DNA of 64,000 nt. It comes from Rhizophagus irregularis (lineage: Eukaryota). The notes beneath the pieces were generated by a model. It had not been told where the DNA came from. It made no database searches and saw only the letters and a program-made list of their open reading frames with translations. This document shows, in pieces, positions 27,262 to 40,500 of this stretch. Position numbers and translations under genes: made by a program. The DNA lies in NCBI RefSeq assembly GCF_026210795.1, contig NC_089429.1, forward strand, positions 4,836,001 to 4,900,000, in the 5' to 3' direction. Positions within the stretch are counted from its first letter, which is position 1; each line of letters opens with the position of its first letter.

Positions 27262-28425
27262 TTAAGAAGATTGTTTTTTATCATCCTTGTCATTTCCAAA
27301 AAGTACAGATATTACTTCATAAAATGATAAAGATTGTTTTAAAAATCCAACATCACTATCAGGTTCCAACTTTTCAACTTTATATTGTTGTTCCATCTTA
27401 ATTTCATCACGAACATTGTTTAAAGGCATATCTACCAACATTCCATTAGAAGTTCTTAATACAATATCTTCATCAGGAATTGAAGGTTGAACAATACCTT
27501 GTTCAAAATTTCTTTTTTCTAGATCAGATTCACTTAAATGAGGTAAATCTATGATAAAAGTTATAACGTAGGATAAGATAACGAAAGTGACTGTTTTAAA
27601 CATGTACCCAGGGATCGATAATTTAAAAATGAATGTATTTATATGATATAATGAAGCAATTAAAATGGGTAATGAATTCACTACAATTGATGTGTAGGGT
27701 GAATGAGAGCGTTGATTGGTAGTTGAATAACCCAGTATGCATTGAATAATACGAAAAGTAACGTAAACGTCTATCGAAAGATCAGCTATAGTCGTAATCA
27801 AAAACCACTTTTCCTGATGTGCGTCATTATCACATGAAGTAACATTAGGTGAAGTGATGTTAAACGTTATTTGTGGTTGTATGAATGCAATGGAGATGAT
27901 CTAGGAAAAAAAAAAATAAAAATTGTAAGAATAATAAATATATTATAATCAACGTAATCAACGTTAAAATTTTCATAACTTACATAGAACAAACTTCTAA
28001 TTAAAAGTAAACCATATACAATGTAATTATCTAATTTTGATTTTATGAATTGTCTTAGTTTCCAGACTAAGAAAATGATGAGAAATTCTGAAAATATGAA
28101 ATCTAATAAAACTTGTAAATAAGTAGTCAACAAACATTGCGATAAAGAAGTGGTATTTATCGTAATAAGTAATCCAATATTGGATAGAGCGCATAAGAGA
28201 CCACTTATATTGAAAGTAATCTTTAATATACTTGAAAATTTTAAATAATCCCCGCGATAAAATACGATCGATTTAATAAAATTATGTGTGGAAGCCTTTA
28301 ATTGATGAGATTAATAAATATTAATAAAATTAAATGAAATTGAATAAAAAAATGTTTAAAAAACTCACCACAATCATTATTGTTGTAAGTATCAAAAAAT
28401 AATTTAATTCGACCGTATATTCCAT
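27262..28425 (-). CDS. Multi-pass (about 7TM) GPCR-like membrane protein, 335 aa; exons 28425-28369, 28295-27984, 27900-27262
   Basis: Three phase-0 exons with GT-AG introns give an open frame with about 7 hydrophobic segments and a hydrophilic C-tail. Confidence 0.75.
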
Positions 28426-29305
28426 GATGATTTTAATGTTTGATGATTACAAAATTCACAAAAAAAAAAGAATGAACGAAAGAAAAAAATTTATAAAAAA
28501 AAGAAAAATATACAGAAATGAGAAATTTTTTGTTTTAAAAAAAAAAATAAAAGATTTTTACGCACTTTTATATTACCAATTTCTTTCATTTTTTTTTTCG
28601 TCTTAAAAATATTAGACTACATTATATTTCGAAACCTAAATTCTTTTGGATTCCCATATTGGGTTTCCTTATTTCTAAGTTATTTCTAAAAAAAAAAATA
28701 ATTGAATAATTGTTGAATATGAAAACAATAATAACAATAAAGGAGTCAAATTGAGTGGTTTGACATTATTAATGTTAATTATAAACTTGGTAATTTTCTA
28801 GTTTCAGTCATATAGCGTGTAGTCTAAAAAAAAACAGGTAAAATCAAGTAAATCATTAATTACTGCGTAAATAAAAGGCTTATTGTTTACTATTTATGGA
28901 TAGTTCTCTTTACACAATATGATATTATGAAACAGGTTTTACAGCAAATTGGATCATTTCTAAATTTGGATGAAACGTTTCATCAAAATCTAATTTAAGA
29001 ACCTGCCTAAACCAAAATAAGTCTTTTTTGAATCTTTGGAATACTAAAGATATTGTTTCACACATACGACATGAGGTTGACGTTTGGCTAGTTTGCATAT
29101 AATACTTATAATTAGTCCGAAGGACGTATCGGTTTCACAAATTTCCTGTTGTCCGTCCGGCACGTGGTGATGTGCAATGATAACTGCGCTTCGGACTTCG
29201 TTTCCTAGTATACTTGTGCATACCCCCGAATACGACGTTGTACGACATGGAATAAATTGTATATATTGAAAAAAAAATTTTTATTCTTAACCGTTTTCTT
29301 AAATA

Positions 29306-30712
29306 ATGAAGAGAGGATATTCATTAGAACAAGATTTAAGATTATTAATAAATAATCCAAAGTATAGCGATATAGAAATTTTATGTGAAGATGAAAAGAA
29401 ATTATATGCTTGTAGAGCAATCTTAGCAGCAAGGTCCGAAGTATTTGATAGTTTACTTTATAATGGAATGAAGGAAAGTTACGAAAACAAAATTTCTTTT
29501 CCAAAGATTAATTCTGCTGGTATGGAAATAATATTAGAATATACTTATATTGGTTCAATTAAAGAAGATTTATTAACAAAAGATAATATAATTGAATCGT
29601 ATTATGCAGCAGATTATTTTCAATTATCTGACCTTCAGGATTTAATAATGAAAACCGTTGAAAATGCATTTAAAAAAAATTTTACAGAAAATTATTCACC
29701 AGAATTATTATCTAAAATTGTAGAAATTATGCCTTTATCAGAAGATAATATTCTTCTTAATTTATTGGTTGAAACGGTTGCAACTATTCCATTAAATACT
29801 ATTGAATTTAACCGTTTATCTATTTCAGCATTACAATATCTTTTATCTTGTACACATGAAAAAGAAAAAGCTTTTGTAACTCCAGAATATGAGGTTCTTA
29901 GGTATAGTGCTATTCTTGCAGCGAAACAAATTTCTGAGGATGCACATAATGCTATTATGAAACGGTTGCCAACCTTAGAGCAGATAAAAAATTCATTCCA
30001 AGTAGAAAATAATTTTATTACTGATAATCGAAAGATTGCGGAAGAATTGAAACCTTTGATTAAATTTATCGATTTTAGAAGGATTAAAGGTATAATATTG
30101 GTTAATTTTATTGAACCATTAGACATTATTCCAGCCGAAGTTATCTTAAATGTTTATCGATTTAAAACATTATCGGATAATTCAGATTTAAGTAGCGTTC
30201 GAGGAAGATCGATTTATAAATTTAATTATGTTTGGGATGAGTCAGCATGTGGATCAAAACTTATTGTTGAAAATAACGGAAAGATTGTACATGCACCATA
30301 TGGTTGTGGTTACCAAAATGTTAGGGCCAAAGCAGTATTAGAAAACGAAGGTATTTATGAATGGGATGTCATTATTGAGAAAGATTGTGGTTATGCTTGG
30401 GTTGGGGTATGTGCATCAGATAATTTTAGTTATGAAACTTTTGCAGGAGGTCAACCTACTGGATGGATATTGGGTTCTAGTGGTTATTGTAGTAATTCTG
30501 GTAAAGATTTATATTATTGTCCCATGTTTTACAGAGATAATTCAAAAATTACAGTTCATTTAGATATGAATAAAAGAACTTGTGCTTTTACGGTCAATGG
30601 TATAAAATATCGAGAAGTATCAGAATGGAATAATCTACCTTCAAAGCTTTATCCAGTAGTATCATTAATGTATTCTGGTCGCTTTCGAATTCAATCTCAT
30701 CAAGAAAATTAG
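29306..30712 (+). CDS. BTB-SPRY protein, intact (468 aa)
   Basis: Full ORF with BTB and SPRY motifs. Confidence 0.92.
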   Translation: MKRGYSLEQDLRLLINNPKYSDIEILCEDEKKLYACRAILAARSEVFDSLLYNGMKESYENKISFPKINSAGMEIILEYTYIGSIKEDLLTKDNIIESYYAADYFQLSDLQDLIMKTVENAFKKNFTENYSPELLSKIVEIMPLSEDNILLNLLVETVATIPLNTIEFNRLSISALQYLLSCTHEKEKAFVTPEYEVLRYSAILAAKQISEDAHNAIMKRLPTLEQIKNSFQVENNFITDNRKIAEELKPLIKFIDFRRIKGIILVNFIEPLDIIPAEVILNVYRFKTLSDNSDLSSVRGRSIYKFNYVWDESACGSKLIVENNGKIVHAPYGCGYQNVRAKAVLENEGIYEWDVIIEKDCGYAWVGVCASDNFSYETFAGGQPTGWILGSSGYCSNSGKDLYYCPMFYRDNSKITVHLDMNKRTCAFTVNGIKYREVSEWNNLPSKLYPVVSLMYSGRFRIQSHQEN

Positions 30713-31248
30713 ACAAAATCTTGTAGATTTGAATTTTATTCTTATCATTATAATTACATATATATTGAAAATAATTGTTATGTTATTTATGGCCAAGAGA
30801 ATAAAATTTTTATTGGTTCAATTATTAGTATTACGTGATGTTGAAGGGTTGCATCAAATTTCATTTTTATTGAGTTGATAATAAACGGGAATATTAAAAA
30901 ATTATAATAATTGTATAGAAATTTTAACTTTAAATCACGCATAATAAACATTTTTTTATTACAAGAAAAAAAAAAATTTCAATTATTTAAAGGTTGAAGC
31001 AGGAATGTCAGTAAAATCTGAAAATTCAACCATCGTTACGATCGTTTCTTAAGATCTAAATTTTTTAATTATAAGTCCAACAAAAAAAAAAATTAGAAAC
31101 TGTCCTGAATAAAAAAAAGCCGAAATATATAAGAATGTCGTGAGATCTGAGATGAAATTAAAAAGGTCATTGTATTAGATACAGTAGTGTTATACGACGA
31201 ACTAATGACGTGAATTCGTGATGTAATAAGGAGCTTCAACGTACATTT

Positions 31249-32223
31249 TTATAAACGCATGATGAATCCGTTTATTTTGGTTTCCATAAGAACAGATTCC
31301 AATAAAGGCATGTTAATGGCCGGTCTGATAACAAATTCGAAGTCATTGAACAGAGAATGGTCCACAACAGACCACTTAAGCATATGAGATAAGTGTTGGG
31401 CTCGTTGTGATTCTTGTTCTACGTGATGACTCCGCATTTCTTCAAGAACTTTTCTATATGGAAAAAGTAATGTGCCAATATGTGGCTCAAATGTTAATTC
31501 TTCAACAGTTGAGTTAGGTTCCTCCTCATTCTCAATTTTGCGTGATTGTTCATCATATGAAGGTGGATTTTCGGGGGTTCTATCATTCTGTATGGTAAAA
31601 AAAGATTAGCAAACAATTTGCTAAGTCAGCAGGAGACAGCACAAGTCACAACGAGCATATGCTAGGCTGTTCCCACCTCGGCCAAAATTGACCTCAACTC
31701 GACCATCAGTCGCGTGGTACATCTCCCATAAAAGAACAAAATGTGTACGCTGCAGCGATGTAAAGGCCAGACACTCTTCTTCCCCATGCCAGCAGCGCAG
31801 GGTGTAGTACAAAATGTTATAAATAGAATGTACATATCGTGGCGTACATAAGGCTGGGCGCTCTTTTTTCCCATACCAGCAGCACGGGGTGTCTAATTCA
31901 TGAAAAATACTGACCTTTAAGTTATTTTGCAAAAATAGCGCTTTTTGACTTGCCCTCGTATTGGGCTTTAATTTTCTAACTAATATGTTCAGTTCTGCGC
32001 CTAAAGCGTTATGTGACTCGCTTCTGAGAAATTTGGTATTTTTTCAATGAAAAATTTATCCCATGTTTCCGTGTTCCCCCATTTGGTATAGTGTTTCTCC
32101 CAAAAATCTGATATACGGATACACGTTAGAGTATTTAGAATTTGATTATTGTAAAGAACAATGAATACTTACCCGATATTGTACTTCTTTCAGAGCTTCT
32201 TCAGGTAAGCTTCCTTTTGGCAT
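31249..32223 (-). pseudogene. Multi-exon gene fragment of unknown function
   Basis: ATG exon MPKGSLPEEALKEVQYR|gtaagt; second exon (FWEKHYTKWGN...KALFLQNNLK|gtcagt) needs frameshifts; third exon ...ENPPSYDEQ...GFIMRL*. Confidence 0.45.
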
Positions 32224-32769
32224 GTTATGTTATGTTATTATGTTATTAAAGAAAATAATAAGTCATACGATATTAAAAAAGTAAAACCAAACAGAAAACA
32301 AGAGAACTGTGCGCGTTTGAATAAATAATAAAAAATTTGATTACGGATTTATTGATTATTTGCGTAATAACCATTTGTATTAAGACTCATTTGCCCTTAT
32401 TTGATGGTTATGGCTTAGCTTATTGATTATTTGGTTTTATTGGTTATTTAAGTGATTTATTGACTATTGATTTATTTAATTTTCATTATTATTACCCTAA
32501 ATTGTAGTCATATTTCATTTTTAATTAGAAAATATCATGAAATTTATTATAAAAGTATCGTTTTTGGATTTAAATCTTTTTTTTTTTGATGTTTAGTTAT
32601 CAATTTAATTACAAAAAATATTTGCATATTTTTATAAAATAACTCATGTTTATTCCTTATATATAAAGTCTACTTGCGCGAAAATTATTTATATATGTAT
32701 TTTGACCTTCTTTACAACTTTACTTATACATCAAATAAGTAAATTTGCAAAATCTTCATAATAACGATA

Positions 32770-33075
32770 ACTTTAATACTGTATATAAGAACTATCACTT
32801 CGATCGATTTGCCGATTTTGATGTCTTATCTTGTACACGAAAACTTTCTATAAGAAGTCAACCTATTGATGGTTGAGTACTAGTTTCTATGGTGGTCGTC
32901 GTCTCCATTTGGAGATGGCAGAAAAGTTACAGTTCATCTAGATATTAATGAGTGAACTTTCGCTTTTACGATCAATGGTAAAAAGTATCGGGAAGTATCG
33001 GAATGGAATAATTTACCATCAAAACTTTATCCGGTAGTTACCCTGGTCGCTTTCGAGTTCATCCTCATCAAATAA
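32770..33075 (+). pseudogene. BTB-SPRY remnant (mostly SPRY 3' end, internally deleted)
   Basis: ccatttggagatggc...gttacagttcatctagatat...gaatggaataatttaccatcaaaactttatccggtagt...cctggtcgctttcga matches the family 3' end. Confidence 0.8.
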
Positions 33076-33256
33076 TTAAAAATTTTAATGAGTTTAATAT
33101 AGTTTAGTTATAGTTTGAATTTCTCTATTAAATGTAATTACTTTAATTGTACAGTATATCTATCATTTACTGAACGAAAAATAATTAAATTTAGCGACCT
33201 TTATATAATAAACAGGAAGAACAGTGTTGTATTTCATTTATAAGCATAAGAGAGTA

Positions 33257-33436
33257 CACAGGCAATCTCGATAAACTGGACTATCCATGATTATATTAGA
33301 AAAATCTGTCATATCAAAAAATCTGTCATATCGAAAATAAAGCTATAATTGTATTATAATAATCCGTTCTAGACCCAATTCCGGTATATCAAAGTTTCCG
33401 GTTTATCAAAGATCTGGTTTATTGAGGCTGCCCGTG
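33257..33436. mobile_element. Tc1/mariner-pogo-like MITE, TA TSD
   Basis: TA|CACAGGCAATCTCGATAAACTGGA versus reverse complement of right end TA|CACGGGCAGCCTCAATAAACCAGA; all mismatches are transitions. Confidence 0.72.
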
Positions 33437-34024
33437 TATTCAATAAATATCATAAAATACAGTATATGAGATATCGAATTTTAGATTTAATCATTGAAAT
33501 CAAAACTACATATATAATAATAGTATAATAACCATTTATTAAAAAAAAAAAAATACATTTTTCGAAATATCGAAACAGGATCTGAAAGCAATTTAACCTC
33601 TGTCGCAATCATCATAACATTTCAAAGTACAATAAATAAGAAATGGTATAAGATTTGAGATGTAATAAAAATGATAATTTTAATGTTCGTTCAAATATTT
33701 TAAAAATTAACTATAAATTATAATTTGAAATTACTCTAGTTTAATATGAACTTTTTCCATTGTTCACATGAGGATTGGTATCCTCTTTTTAGTGCGTTTC
33801 ACTTTGCACGACGTTGTTGGGATGTCACCACAAAGTCACCGAAACACCCTAATCGCTTTAAGGGATAGCGATATTATTGTGATCGAGTACCGCCTGATCA
33901 TGCAGGCGCAGCACGAATTTGAACATTTCCTTTTAGTGCAACATAGTACTGATCTAAATTTATAAATAATACATCATCGAAATTTTTTTTCAAATTTTTT
34001 CTAAAATAAAATAAAATTTGACAA

Positions 34025-35419
34025 ATGACGAGAGGATATTCATTAGAACAAGATTTAAAATTATTAGTAAATAATCCAAAATATAGCGACATAGTAATTT
34101 CATGTGAAGATTAAAAGAAAATATATGCTTGTAGAGCAGTTTTAGCTGCAAGATCCGAAGTATTTGACGATTTGCTTTATAATGAATGGAATGAAAGAAA
34201 CTTATGAAAATCAAATTTCTTTTACAAAGATTAATTCGGTTGGTATGGAAATTATATTAGAATACATTTATACTGGATCAGTTAAAGAAGAAACTTTAAC
34301 AAAAGTTGAAGATTTTTACGCTGCAATTGCCAGAACTTCAAGTTTTTATTATAAAAACCATTAAAAATATTAATTTTGTGAGTAATTATTCTCCAGAGTT
34401 TATATTATCTAAAATTTCGGAAACAATGGAACCAAATCTATTAACAGAAGATAATATTATTTAATGGTATATTCGTTACCGCATCCACTAATAAATTAAG
34501 AGGAATATTGAGTTTGGTCGATTGTCCATTACAGGCCTTAGATATTTTTTATTTATTACAAGTGAAAAAGAAACACCCTTCGCAACCCGAGAGTATGATG
34601 TTTTTCGGTATAGTGCAATTCTAGCAGCAAAAAAAGTCTCTGATAATACATATAGAGCTCTTGTGGAACGATTGCCAACTTTGAAACAAATAGATTTGGA
34701 ACAAATAGAGAATTCAATCGAATCAGGAAATAAACTTCTTATCGACCATCAAAAAGTTACTAAAGAATTGGAACCTTTAGTTAAATTTATTAATCTTAAT
34801 TAATCTTAAAAGGATTAAAACTAAAATATTAGTTGATATTATCGAACTACTAGAAATTATTCCAATCGAAATAATTTGTATTGCTTATCGACATTTTGCA
34901 TTATTAAGTAAGTTAAATTTAAGTGATTTTCGTGGAAAGCCTATTAATGAATCTGGTTATGTTTGGGATGAGACACTGAGACAGCACGTGGTCCAAAACT
35001 TATTATTAAAGATAACGGAAAAATTGTACAAGCACCAATTAATTGTAATTCACACCAAAATGTTAGAGCTAAAATAGTATTGGGGATAAAGGTATTTTTG
35101 AATGGGATATCATTATTGAGAGAACTTGTGAATATGCTTGTGTTGGAGTGTGTGCGTCAAAAAATTTCAATTACGAAGCCTTTGCAAGATATCAACCCAA
35201 TGGATGGGTATTAGGTTCTGGTGGTTATTGTAATAAATCTATGAAAAATTATTGTCGGATATGGCGCAATAGTTACAATCCATTTGGATATGAATAAAAG
35301 AACCTGCGCTTTCACAGTCAATGGTACGAAGTATCGGGAAGTACCAGAATGGTATATTTTACCATCAAAACTTTATCCAGAAGTATCATTATGTTATCCT
35401 GGCTCATCAAAAAAATTAG
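34025..35419 (+). pseudogene. BTB-SPRY pseudogene
   Basis: ATGACGAGAGGATATTCA start, early in-frame TAA (GAA GAT TAA), several frameshifts, homology continues to the 3' end. Confidence 0.88.
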
Positions 35420-36138
35420 AATGTTCGGTACAAATAGTTAATATATAGCAATATAAATTGAAAAATGGGTTTTTATGTTCTCGTAACATCTAAACATGTC
35501 GTAAATTATAGTCAATTATATGTTCGATGAACGTAATAAATGTCAAAATCATGAACCATTTTATTACAAAAATAAAGAATTTACAAGAAGGTTGCATATT
35601 GAATTAATCTTAAATTTATTCTTTGTGATAATAACGTCGTCATTTCTGAGAATAAAAAATTTTTAATTATAAACGCAGAAAAATAAATTAGCAATTTTCT
35701 AGAAAAAAAAGATCGCATTGTGTGAGTGAGAATGTCGTAAGATTTTAAATACCGTAAAACACATTTAATATAGTAGACGATCGCTCACGGTCGCTCGTCT
35801 CAATTTTATTCTAGTACTTATTTTATTGTGTATTGGCGCAAGTTCTAAAAATAATGAAGTTACGTCACTACCTTTTCCATTTAAAGTATCATATAGTATT
35901 GCCAATTTTATAATTCTGAAAATTAGTATTTACCGTTTGAAGTTTAGTATGTCGATATTTAAGGCGCAGTAAAATTTCGATGATATACTTTGTACAACGA
36001 ACATTTCCTTTTTTAATCTGGCTTAGGCGCATCATTGTACAAATCTAAATTTATTATATATAAAGAGTTTTAATCCCAAAAATAGCATCATTAAAAAGCG
36101 TATTATTTTTTTTTCTTTAAAAAAAAAAATTCTAATAA

Positions 36139-37566
36139 ATGATGAGAGGATATTCATTAAAAAAAGATTTAAGATTATTAATAAATAATCCAAAATATAG
36201 TGATGTAGAAATTTTATGTGAAGATAAAAAGAAATTATTTGGTTGTAGAGCAATTTTAGCGGCAAGATCTGAAGTATTTGATAGATTACTTTATAATGGA
36301 ATGAAAGAAACTTATGAAAATCAAATTTCTTTTCCAAATATTAATTCTTCTGGTATGGAAATTATATTAGAATATATTTATACAGGATCAATTAATGAAG
36401 AATCTTTAACAAAAGATAATACAATTGAAGCTTTTTATGCTGCAGATTATTTTCAATTACCAGACCTTCAGGATTTTATTATGATTGTTTTTAAAAGTAC
36501 TATGGAAAGAAATTATAGGGAAAATTATTCACCAGAATTATTATCTAAAGTTGCGGAAATAATGCCTATATCAGAAGATAATATTCTTCTTAATTTATTA
36601 GTTGAATCAGTAGCAACTATTCCATTAAACACTATTGAATTTGGTCGATTATCAATTAAGGCACTTCAATATCTTTTATCTTGTACATATGATAAAGAAA
36701 AACCTTTTGTAACCCCGGAATATGAAGTTTTTCGGTACAGTGCGATTGTAGCAGCAAAACAAGTCTCTAATGATGCATATGTAACTCTTATGGAAATTTT
36801 GCCAACTTTAGAACAAATAAAAGAATCAACCGAAATAGAAAATAGAATTATTGTAGATCGTCAAAAAGTTTCTAAACAATTAGAACCTTTGGTTAAATTT
36901 ATTGATTTCAGAAGAATTAATGCTCAAATATTAGCTAATACTATAGAACCATTAGAAATTATTCCAATCGAAACAATTCTTAGTGTTTATCGACATTTGG
37001 CATTATTAAATAAATTAGATCTAAGTAACACTCGTGGAAAACCACAACCAATATTTGATTTTGATGAGACAGCATGTGGATCAAAACTTATTATTGAGGA
37101 TAATTGTAAAGTTGTACAAGCATCAAATGGTTGTGATAGGCACCAAAGTGTTAGAAGTAAAATGATGTTAGAAAATGGCGGCGTTTATGAATGGGATGTC
37201 ATTATTGAGAAACATTGTGGTACTGTTTGGGTTGGAGTATGTGCAACAGAAAACTTTAATTATGAAAAATTTGCAGGACATCAACCTACTGGATGGGTAT
37301 TAGGTTCTAACGGTAATTGTTATAATTCTAGTTATAAATTAGATTATTGTCCCTCATTTAAAAATGAGGGTGCAAAAATTACCGTTCATTTAGATATGGA
37401 TAAAAGAACTTGTGCTTTTACGGTCAATGGTACAAAATACTATGTATCAGGATGGAATAATTTACCATCAAAACTTTACCCGGTGGTATCATTGAATTAT
37501 CCTGGTCGTTTTCGAATTCAACCTCATCAAAAAAATCAGCACATGATAGAAACATTATACCGTTAA
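36139..37566 (+). CDS. BTB-SPRY protein, intact (475 aa, short C-terminal extension)
   Basis: Full ORF with BTB and SPRY motifs. Confidence 0.92.
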   Translation: MMRGYSLKKDLRLLINNPKYSDVEILCEDKKKLFGCRAILAARSEVFDRLLYNGMKETYENQISFPNINSSGMEIILEYIYTGSINEESLTKDNTIEAFYAADYFQLPDLQDFIMIVFKSTMERNYRENYSPELLSKVAEIMPISEDNILLNLLVESVATIPLNTIEFGRLSIKALQYLLSCTYDKEKPFVTPEYEVFRYSAIVAAKQVSNDAYVTLMEILPTLEQIKESTEIENRIIVDRQKVSKQLEPLVKFIDFRRINAQILANTIEPLEIIPIETILSVYRHLALLNKLDLSNTRGKPQPIFDFDETACGSKLIIEDNCKVVQASNGCDRHQSVRSKMMLENGGVYEWDVIIEKHCGTVWVGVCATENFNYEKFAGHQPTGWVLGSNGNCYNSSYKLDYCPSFKNEGAKITVHLDMDKRTCAFTVNGTKYYVSGWNNLPSKLYPVVSLNYPGRFRIQPHQKNQHMIETLYR

Positions 37567-40500
37567 TTTTTTCTTACAAATATATAGATTTATTAATTAT
37601 TTATTAGGATGAACAATTTTTTACAATATAGAAATACTGTATATGAATTATTTATTAGAGGTTAATGTTAACCGAGCAAAATAAATTATAGGTTTTTATA
37701 AAATCAAATTTATGTTAATAGTACATGATATATTGATATATGTGTGATATGTTTCTGATAAAAAATAAGAATATAACTATTAGGTTACGCTTCATTTTTC
37801 GAAAATATCGTTTAGAACAATTAAATGACTTTATTTGCGATCGTCATAATCACGTCGTCATTGAATCTTAAAAAATGTCGAGAATTATCTTAAATCTTAA
37901 GGATTAAATACAGTATGTTATGAAGGCTTACAAATATTGTCCAATTAGACTGAATTCAAAATTCGTAGATGATAGTTAACATCTCTCGCTTGAATCGTCA
38001 AATAACGACTAAACGCGTAGTACCATTCGTAATACTAGTACAACACAGTGCAAATTTAAATTTTGTAAAAAGTCATATTTTGATCTATATTTGAATATTG
38101 AATTTGACATAAACGATAAGGTTCTAAAATATTCAAACTTAAGATTTAATCACATCGTGAGATTATCCATAGAACAGTTATTGAAGTCAAAGAAACAGGA
38201 TATTATTTATTAAATAAACATATTTAAGGTTTTTTTCTTAAATTTGTTAATTATTTTATTGGACATCGCATAAATCTTTTGGGAAGGTCAGTTTACAATT
38301 AAAAATCAATTGTATGTAAGATTCCTGCCGTTTGTTAGTTTATTATGTTAAACTTTAAAAATTCTAGAAATGGCAATATTACTTAGATATAATTTACTTA
38401 CCAACTTTTGGGGAAAAAACAATCCAATTTATATTCTTTATAATAAATTCTGTTCAGAAAAATTATTACACGGAGTATTGTATTAGAAAAAAAATTGAAT
38501 CATCGTCTATGAATCCAATATAATTTATACAAAGAAACTGGGTAAACATACTCAGGTCTAATCGATTTAAACATTAAAAATATGCGACCATAATGAGGAG
38601 TTCGTTTTAACAAACATAAATTTGCTGGCGTTTACTATATTATATACACACATCTTTATGTTCAATTTACATCTAATATTTTCTTTAACTATTTATAGTT
38701 ACACTACCCAGTAAATAGTCATTATATTATATTCATTTGGAATATGTGTTACATTACTTAGGTATAGTTTATAAAACTGGTAAAACTAAAACATTGCCAA
38801 AAAAAAAATAATAAATTTTTTTTATTTTCTTTTTTTTTTATATTATTTTGTTAATCTAAGCAAGAATATACCGTATATTATATAATAGTACAAAAAACCC
38901 CTGTAAAATTTGCAAAATTCGCGAATAATTGGTGTAAAGTTACCTAAAATATGAGCTGGAATGGTGACTTCCTCTAAATTCTTTAAATTTTATAACAAAC
39001 GAAAAAAAAAAATTTTTTTGTGACATATTCACGTTTGGCATTATTGGTAAATTATGGTTGCATTAAGCATGACTTATGTAGGACAAAATCAGAGTTGAAA
39101 TGTGATATCTTAAAATTTTGGGAAAAGCTCCTAGTATTTATATATTACGTGATATGCCACCAGTTTGATCTTTTTTAATATGAACTTTTTTTTAAACTTT
39201 TTTTTTTTAACTTCTTTCACTCGCTTTTTTCTTTTTAAAATAAACTTTTTTGACTTTTTAACTCCCCTTTCACTCGCATTTTTTTCTTTTTAAATATTTT
39301 TTTTTTAACTCACTTTTTCCCTCCATTATTTCTATTTCACTTCCTTTGTTTTTCCTTTTGTTCCTTGTACTCTTTTCCTTTCCTTCTTTCACATTTTTAT
39401 TTGAAAAAAGAGTTGAAAAGTACCCATAAAAAAAATTAAATTCTATATAAAGTTTTAGTTTTGATTTTTTTTTTAGGTGGCTCCTGGACGTGACATTTCA
39501 TAAGTTTTTAAGGAACTCTTTTTTCTTAAACATTATTTCATAGATTTTCTACTTTTGTTTGTGGGATTTCTATATATTTATTTTTTATTTTAATTATTAT
39601 TTTGATCAAACGTTCAAACATTTATTACACTTCTTGTTTCTCTTCTCTTTCCATCGAAAAAAACCTCCCTTATTAAAAAAATTTTCTAATGAAATTATAC
39701 TGAAATTATCTATAAAAAAAAAATCCCAGAAAAAAATTCCCGGATCTATTGTTATTAAAAATCTTATTAAACATATTAAATCTATCGCTATAAAAAATTC
39801 TTACTAAAAAAAATTTATTATTAGTAAATCAGTTTTATTTTAGACATATACTGGGGCAATAACAAGAAAAATCCTTTAGTTACTACCATTGACTAAACTA
39901 TACATAACGCTAAATACCTAACTTCCTAGCGGAGTCGTCCTGAGTCACTCCTGCCTGATATTTAAAAATCCTGATATTTAAAAATTTGAGGCGTAACCTA
40001 ATTTCCATTATCTATATCATAAAATAAATAAGAAAAAGAAATAATAAAACTATCTAAAGCGTGAAAAGAAGAAAAAAAAGAATAAAAAAATAAAAAAATC
40101 AGAATGTGCCCTATAAAAATAATTCGATGTACTATATAAATTTACAAATCCTCCTGAATGTAAATAATTTGATGTAATATAAATGACCCATAATGGGACG
40201 AAATGGCTGTTAGATTGGAACGGTTGTATGTATTGGATCCTCATTATAGGAGTCCCGTAGATTATTATTATTATCATTATTATTGTTCGAAGAAATGTCA
40301 TTCACAATAGTTGGAATAAGAGACCGATTCGTCGTTAGTTTCCGCTGAACGGTTGCGTGATTTATAGTGTAACCTTTTCTTTCCCACGACTTATCAAATC
40401 ATCATAACATGAAATAGATCAGGCGCAGACGAATCACGTGTCGCGCAATTCAAAAATTATTTATACGGGTTAATCTAAACGTCCCATTACACAGGAATTG

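Noticed and set aside
39920..39950. GGAGT...ACTCC hairpin beside CTAG as a Helitron end
   Set aside because: Weak stem and atypical spacing.
38800..40400. Short F/K/I-rich ORFs in intergenic DNA
   Set aside because: Low-complexity homopolymer translations without recognisable motifs.
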